Assembly (NCBI RefSeq): GCF_000018105.1
Contig: NC_009925.1
Span: 450,001-482,000, forward strand
Direction: 5' to 3'
Origin: Acaryochloris marina MBIC11017
GTDB lineage: Bacteria; Cyanobacteriota; Cyanobacteriia; Thermosynechococcales; Thermosynechococcaceae
Length of the DNA: 32,000 nt
The notes under the pieces are model-generated. The model saw only the letters and a program-made list of their open reading frames with translations, was not told the origin of the DNA and searched no databases. The translations under genes and the position numbers were made by a program. Positions 27,084 through 32,000 of the stretch are shown in pieces (the first letter of the stretch is position 1; the number at the start of each line of letters is the position of its first letter).

Positions 27084-28027
27084 TAGCACTACGGATATAT
27101 GTTAGTACGCTCTTTGAAAGCAGCATCCACACAATCACGAAAGGTATCAAATTCATCCCACCGCTGCTTCATCCAGTTTTTGAGCACAAACCACCATCGC
27201 TCGATTTTATTGAGATCTGGAGAATAGCTCGGTAGATACCAAATCTCACAGCCTGCTTCAGCTACGATTTCTTCGATCCTCTGGCCATGATGAAAACTGG
27301 CATTATCAATCACAATCACATCGCCAAGTTGTAACTGGGATATAAGACTCTGCTGTAACCACGCTTCGAATAACAACCGATTGCAAGACCCTTCAAAGGT
27401 CATGGGAGAAAATAACTGGCCTTCTTTGAGCGCAGCAATAAAACTGACTCGCTCTGTCCGCTTGCCTGATTTGAGGTCATAAAATCGTTGACCCACAGGG
27501 CAGTATCCATAAGGATAGTCCGCTCGATTATCGATACCCGCTTCGTCTACATAGACGATCTGATGAGGGTGTTTGGTCTGTAATCGTTCTATAAATGCTT
27601 GACGTTGTGTTTCATCTCGTTCTCGATAGCCATAGGTCTTTTTTTTCGACTCAATCCCAGTTTTCTCAAGGCATCACTGATATTTTGCTGGGTGACATTA
27701 TCCCCCCATAGCTTAGCCATTTGGGCCTGGGTTTTACCCCCATGCTCTTGAGCAAATTCACGAAAGCGCTCCCAATCTGTGATCTTGTGGCGAGCCCCTT
27801 GTTGGTAGTTGGTAATCGCCTGACAGTCACCTGTAGCTTCTTCGCGGACTATCCATAGATGCAAGGTATTACGGCTGATGTTCAACATTCGACAGATATC
27901 GACTTTCCGTTCACCATTCTTGAAGGCATCAACGGCTTTACGACGAAGGTCATAACTATAGGGTGCTGGCATACTAATGTAGGGATATCTTCTATATCAA
28001 TAGTACTAACATAGTTTCGTAGGGCTA
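27084..28027 (-). mobile_element. ISY100-like IS630-family element, copy B (944 bp), inverted relative to copy A
   Basis: It has the same ends as copy A, flanked by TA (27082-27083 and 28028-28029). Both ORF translations are identical to those of copy A. Confidence 0.9.
27089..27972 (-). CDS. IS630-family transposase (two frames, -1 shift at the A8 run, T8 on the plus strand at 27639-27646)
   Basis: Its translations are identical to the copy A ORFs (127 aa and 135 aa in the track). Confidence 0.85.
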
Positions 28028-28060
28028 TATCTTCACTGTAAAGCCAAACTTCATCAAGCA

Positions 28061-28086
28061 TTGTCCTCAGCTAAAGCTGAGGACAA
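28061..28086 (-). terminator. GC-rich hairpin (11-bp stem, tetraloop) about 100 nt downstream of the CPBP gene
   Basis: The sequence is ttgtcctcagc-taaa-gctgaggacaa. No clear U-tract follows on either strand, so a terminator function is uncertain. Confidence 0.25.
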
Positions 28087-28185
28087 CAGGATTTATCCCA
28101 ACAAATGATATTTCCCCTGATGACTTGGGCGCTGAATGCCGGTACGCTATTGGCTCAAAGCCTTGTCTTTACTACGAGAGTGGCC

Positions 28186-29094
28186 CTAGCTACTTGCTTG
28201 GGAAACTTGCCCTTCCGCTCGCCACTCATGCACCATTCTCACCACAATAAAAAGACACAATAGAAGAAACGCGATCTGGCTAAGACTAAAAATCACTGTA
28301 ATCAGTTTTTGATTGATGGTAATTTTGTCCACTTCTGTGGACGTCGATGTGGACGAGAACATCCGATACAACAGCATCTGTCCGACCAATAAACCATTAT
28401 GGAAAGCATGGGTAAACACGCCCCACCAAAACCCATATCTCAGTCGGACAAAGGCAAAGAAAACACCGAGTAATACCTGAGGAGTGACGAGAAGTGGTGC
28501 CAATAGTAGAGCCGAATCATTAATGAGCTGATAGTTGGGTATATGAATCAACCCAAAAATGATGGTGGAACCATAAAAGAACCATCCAATCCATTTTTCA
28601 TAATGTTTATGAATGGGTTGGGCAGACATCTTTTCTTTAAGCCAAACTCGCAAAAACACACATCCTAGAAAAGCCAGGCATAACAAAGGCAACATCGATA
28701 CAGCGGATACAATCTTTGCACTAGCTAATGTGCCCAGAATGATAAGTACCCATAGAAATAGGGGTAATGTCAAATTTATCGGTGTGTAACGCAGAGGCAG
28801 CCGAAACAGAACTTCTTCCAATGGCGGAGCAATAATCACTGCCATGGTAAAGATCAATAATGGTTGATCAGCCATCTCAGTGATGGCATGGCTACTGGAC
28901 AGCTTCTCCGCTAGGAGACCCACCATAATTGCGAGAGGCAACACGAGCACTAACGCTAATGCATATAGCCTAAGAATATCTCTAAGAGGTTGAGTTTGAG
29001 ATGGAACATTGACGGTATAAAATGGACGCCGTAAAAACCGATAGAATCTACCGAGCAAGCTGCCTAAGGGCTGAGAAGCCAAACTTGAAGTCAT
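28186..29094 (-). CDS. CPBP-family (CAAX protease / Abi) intramembrane glutamic endopeptidase, full length
   Basis: A 302-aa polytopic membrane protein with all three family motifs: EEVLFR (EExxxR), FGLIH (FxxxH) and HAFHN (HxxxN). Confidence 0.85.
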   Translation of the reverse strand: MTSSLASQPLGSLLGRFYRFLRRPFYTVNVPSQTQPLRDILRLYALALVLVLPLAIMVGLLAEKLSSSHAITEMADQPLLIFTMAVIIAPPLEEVLFRLPLRYTPINLTLPLFLWVLIILGTLASAKIVSAVSMLPLLCLAFLGCVFLRVWLKEKMSAQPIHKHYEKWIGWFFYGSTIIFGLIHIPNYQLINDSALLLAPLLVTPQVLLGVFFAFVRLRYGFWWGVFTHAFHNGLLVGQMLLYRMFSSTSTSTEVDKITINQKLITVIFSLSQIAFLLLCLFIVVRMVHEWRAEGQVSQASS

Positions 29095-29463
29095 GGAATA
29101 AACAAACCAGTATTAATTTAAATTGATGGTTCACAGACTGAGTAGAGCATAACTGGCAAGTGTTGCTAAATTCTACTCACTGAAGGTTAGGAGCAGTGAA
29201 CATCAATAGACTTAGGGTGCCCATATCTCAGCGTAAGCTAAGGCATCGTAAAGTACCTTCCAGCAAAAGGCATACATCATGGTGGTTGCAGATAGCTTGA
29301 GAGTCCTAAAACTTCACAGATTAATGCTTAACGCAAATATAGATTTTAAATGATTTGATAGAAGTCTACTCATTAAGGGTAGGACTACCTGATTTCCTGT
29401 CGGGCTCGCATGAACTTAATAGGTAAGTCATAAAGGCAACTTTGCTTTTTAGCCAAGCTGGAT

Positions 29464-30159
29464 TTAGTACTGGTAAGAAAAAAGATTGATGTCAATTTTA
29501 TAAAGATCCGCAACTTTATCAGCAAGTTCTGGGGTGTAGTAGTTTTTGTAGTTGTTTCTGTCTTTAGATGAATTCTTCTTTTGTATTTCTACCTGGTCAA
29601 TTTTAAGAATGTCGGCTACCTTCAAAAGATCTTCCTCGAAGCTCTCAAATCTTCCAATAAAATTAAGATTGTTTAAGTCAATTAATTTTGATTGTCGACG
29701 AATATGATTGTCACAGTTATCTAAGTCTAAATCATCGAGATACTGAATAAAGTAATCAAAATTTTGCATTTTTGAGAGAGTACTCTCACTAAAACCAAAA
29801 TGATTGCTATTAACGACTTTATTTAACCAGCAAGAAACCAGCCTATCCCAGGGATTTCTAACAAAAGCAAATTTAAAGTAGTTTTGATAAACACCTAATG
29901 GGTAATGACACCAATATGGATATTCTGCATCTAGAACTAAGTCGGACTTCTCAAATAAATTAAAGATACTTCTCGTTCCTACCTTGGCAACACGAAACCA
30001 AAGAAACCTTTTTTCGTTGCATATCGTTATATTGTAGCGATACTTAGATGGTACTGCAGGAAATGCCTTCAGAAATGTTCTACTCACCCCCTGATATACG
30101 AGACTTGGTATGGTTAATTGAGTGGATAAATCATCTAGCTTTCTCGTAGTTCTTATCAT
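29464..30159 (-). CDS. Sulfotransferase-family protein (PAPS-dependent, Sulfotransfer_2/3-like)
   Basis: It has a 5'-PSB-like loop FRVAKVGTRSI and a 3'-PB-like motif FVRNPWDRLVS. The gene is visibly more AT-rich than its neighbours by eye; I did not compute this. Confidence 0.75.
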   Translation of the reverse strand: MIRTTRKLDDLSTQLTIPSLVYQGVSRTFLKAFPAVPSKYRYNITICNEKRFLWFRVAKVGTRSIFNLFEKSDLVLDAEYPYWCHYPLGVYQNYFKFAFVRNPWDRLVSCWLNKVVNSNHFGFSESTLSKMQNFDYFIQYLDDLDLDNCDNHIRRQSKLIDLNNLNFIGRFESFEEDLLKVADILKIDQVEIQKKNSSKDRNNYKNYYTPELADKVADLYKIDINLFSYQY

Positions 30160-30296
30160 GGGCTTATATATGGGGATTTAAAGAATGCTAATTTTTTACT
30201 ATCTCATAGAACAATAAACTATTATGAATGTTCCCACTGATCATTTGGAATATATGGATTTGCGCAGCTTTGGATTGATTGATACTATTTATTCAT

Positions 30297-31250
30297 TAGA
30301 CCTCTTGCAATATTCATTTGACGATGTGGTATTGCTGTTTGCCATCCCTCAAGTTGTCAAAGATAGCTCGTAGTTATAGATAGCTGCAATCAAGTTACAC
30401 CGCAGCGCGTAGCGACGACGACGATTGCGATAGCGCTCCGACAGAATTCTGAAAATCTTCAGGCTGCGATTAATGTGTTCAATGCCCATTCGTTCCTGAC
30501 TCAGAGCACGGTTATACTCTCGCTGCAGGGAAGTCAGTTCACCGTGTTGTGGCTTCTTGAGAGGAACATAGCTGTTGGTATGATAGGCTGCAATCCCTTG
30601 ATATCCGCTATCTTGCAGACTCTCGGTATCTGGATGGATATGGATACCTGAAACCTTGAAGATCTGAAAATCATGCCGACGACCTGGACCAACGTTAAGG
30701 CAGATAATCTCTAAAGTGTTGCGGTTAGCGATAATCTGGTATTTGAAGGTATGTCTCTTTTTTTTCCTGAATAATACGCTTTTTGTCTTGTCTGGGGACG
30801 TTCAATGGGCGTTTCAGTCACATCCATCACAACGACATCCGGTCGCTCGAACCCTTGTAGCAGAGATTTCTGACCGGGTAAGCGAAAGAGTCCTGAGTTC
30901 ATCAGAGCGGTCTCGACCTGGTGGACAATACGGCAGACGGTTGATTCAGAGACTTCCCAATCTCCAGCAATGTGGAAATAGGTCCGATATTCTCGCCAAT
31001 ATTGAAGGGCTACCAACAGTTGATCACATCGACACAACTTTGGAGGACGCCCTGCATTAGAGCGACTCAGGTGATAGGTATGCCATGCATGGAGCATGGG
31101 TTTAAAGGTTCGCTTGTAGACTCCAGTTCGTCGCTTAAAGTCCTTCGCACTCAGCTGTTGGGCTGTTTCGTAATTCATTGGATATGGCACTGAATAGAAA
31201 GAACATCAGGCTCAATACCATATCGCACATTCAATTATGCAAGAGGTCTA
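30297..31250 (-). mobile_element. IS5-family element (IS427/IS1031-like, 954 bp)
   Basis: The terminal inverted repeats are tagacctcttgcaatattca... (30297-) and ...tcaattatgcaagaggtcta (-31250). The target duplication is ambiguous and may be att. Confidence 0.8.
30349..31190 (-). CDS. IS5-family transposase, two frames joined by a -1 shift at an A8 run (T8 on the plus strand, 30758-30765)
   Basis: orfA is track ORF 30711-31190. The -1 frame continues KKKRHTFKYQIIANRNT...LQDSGYQGI...ERMGIEHINRSLKIFRIL...-stop at 30349, which are IS5-type DDE motifs. Confidence 0.8.
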
Positions 31251-31735
31251 TTAAGAAATTAGAAGGTTTTTCTGGTTTTCTGAGGTTGAGCTGGGCACTA
31301 GTTTGCTAATGGGCTCTATAAATCATGCTTCCGACGTAAAACGAGTAGATACTGTGGAATACTCGATCTGACGGAGCTGGGAGGTCAATCCGTAGGGCTT
31401 TGATTTCTACAAAAGGTGGTGTTTCAATAAAGGCACCGGTCCCCCACTAGTTCAGTGGGCTATGCCATCAAGGCTCGCGCGAAAGATATAAGGGCGATGA
31501 ACTGTAGGTCGCACCATTGGTCCATCCAATAACCTCATCATGGGTTGGCAAACTCCCTTGGCAGACCAAGCATGAAACTGGCCACCCCTAGCACTAGCTG
31601 ACGGTTGAAAGGTATGAGGTTACCTGTGCGAACGAGAAACTTTCCCCATCCAGGCTTAAGGCTGGACCATTCAATTTATTGAATGTGAGAGTTGCTTTTG
31701 GGTTACAGCATGGGTTAGGCGCTGGTCTTTAACTG

Positions 31736-32000
31736 CTTGAGTTTGGACTAAAGCAAACGAGAAAAGCAGTCAATGAAGTACACCGACTGCTTTAAGGTCA
31801 ATGAATCATCACACTCATTGCCCTTATGATTTTCGACCATCTGCGTCAATTCCGCCAAACTCTGTATAGCTGCTTTGGCGCCAGTAAAGACGCGTTATTT
31901 GAGCTAATGGATGCGGTATTGATGAGTCCGAGCCTGCGTTCATTTGTGTGTTTGTCTCAACATCCTATCTTCCGTCGTCAATGGTCGAGTACCTATTCAG
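31736..32000 (+). mobile_element. IS701-like element, copy 2 (left end only; runs off the window)
   Basis: The 265 nt from 31736 look identical by eye to 22541-22805, including the left inverted repeat cttgagtttggactaa. Confidence 0.9.
31826..32000 (+). CDS. DDE transposase (IS701-like), 5' partial
   Basis: It has the same sequence as the start of CDS 22631-23932 (MIFDHLRQFRQ...), and the ATG is 90 nt from the element end as in copy 1. Confidence 0.85.
   Translation, partial: MIFDHLRQFRQTLYSCFGASKDALFELMDAVLMSPSLRSFVCLSQHPIFRRQWSSTYS

Noticed and set aside
18963-28027. The two identical inverted ISY100-like copies could be a composite transposon, or evidence of an inversion of the 7.2-kb segment between them.
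   Set aside because: The two flanks of copy A rejoin into one continuous IS630-type transposase frame once the element and one TA are removed. Copy A is therefore a simple insertion, and no inversion between A and B has occurred since. The intervening DNA is mostly other IS debris. The pair remains a potential substrate for future inversion.
29095-29463. Small peptide ORFs (19-35 codons) upstream of the CPBP gene, considered as possible bacteriocin precursors.
   Set aside because: None has a convincing ribosome-binding site at proper spacing, a leader or double-glycine motif, or any recognisable composition. They cannot be told apart from random ORFs.
30224-30372. A 49-codon ORF (MNVPTDHLEYMDL...) between the sulfotransferase gene and the IS5 element.
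   Set aside because: It runs across the IS5 left inverted repeat (30297) into the antisense of the transposase 3' end, so at least half of it is IS sequence. It is most likely spurious.
31251-31735. Group II intron, RNase P or hammerhead signatures: GTGCGA on both strands, GGGGAAAGT on the minus strand, and a CATGATGAG stretch.
   Set aside because: I found no domain V-like hairpin, no RNase P CR-I/CR-V context and no complete hammerhead core. Short motifs like these are expected by chance in 485 bp on two strands.
22541-32000. Two direct copies of the 433-aa-transposase IS could form a composite transposon carrying the CPBP and sulfotransferase genes.
   Set aside because: Copy 1 has its own 6-bp target duplication on both sides, inside a restorable IS3 orfB frame, so it inserted on its own. 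The right end of copy 2 is outside the window, so the composite idea cannot be tested here.
1-32000. I looked for CRISPR arrays, tRNA/rRNA genes and regularly spaced tandem repeats.
   Set aside because: No regularly spaced direct repeats, no tRNA T-arm/acceptor signatures and no rRNA-like conserved blocks were seen. All the long repeats are explained by duplicate IS copies.

Overview
The window is probably cyanobacterial DNA and splits into two very different halves. The cyanobacterial call rests on six HIP1 octamers (GCGATCGC) in the first 11.5 kb, a GlbN-type truncated haemoglobin, a plastoquinol terminal oxidase and ISY100-like IS630 elements. I cannot assign a species.

Half 1 (1-15.4 kb) holds ordinary chromosomal genes:
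- an RND efflux pump;
- a feoA-feoB-feoC ferrous iron uptake operon on the minus strand;
- a cation-diffusion-facilitator gene that I read as a pseudogene (one nonsense codon plus one frameshift);
- a compact redox/detoxification cluster: type II sulfide:quinone oxidoreductase, a Cys-free Crp/Fnr-family regulator, quinol-type nitric oxide reductase NorB, GlbN, PTOX and a small CopD/HemJ-like membrane protein.

A perfect FNR/Dnr-type palindrome (TTGACTTAAGTCAA) lies between the regulator gene and norB. I think this is the most testable new biology in the window.

Half 2 (15.5-32 kb) is an insertion-sequence graveyard. About 80% of it is IS-derived, with 12 IS copies or fragments from about 7 families (IS630/ISY100-like, IS701-like x2 types, IS4, IS1, IS3, IS21, IS5). 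Several are nested inside one another, and their inverted repeats and target-site duplications can be read directly.

The surviving non-IS cargo in half 2 is:
- a tandem pair of CPBP (CAAX/Abi) intramembrane protease paralogs, one truncated by an IS1 element;
- an AT-rich sulfotransferase gene;
- a 485-bp stretch with no ORF that I could not explain.

I saw no rRNA, tRNA or CRISPR array. All homology calls come from my recognition of motifs in the supplied translations, not from database searches.
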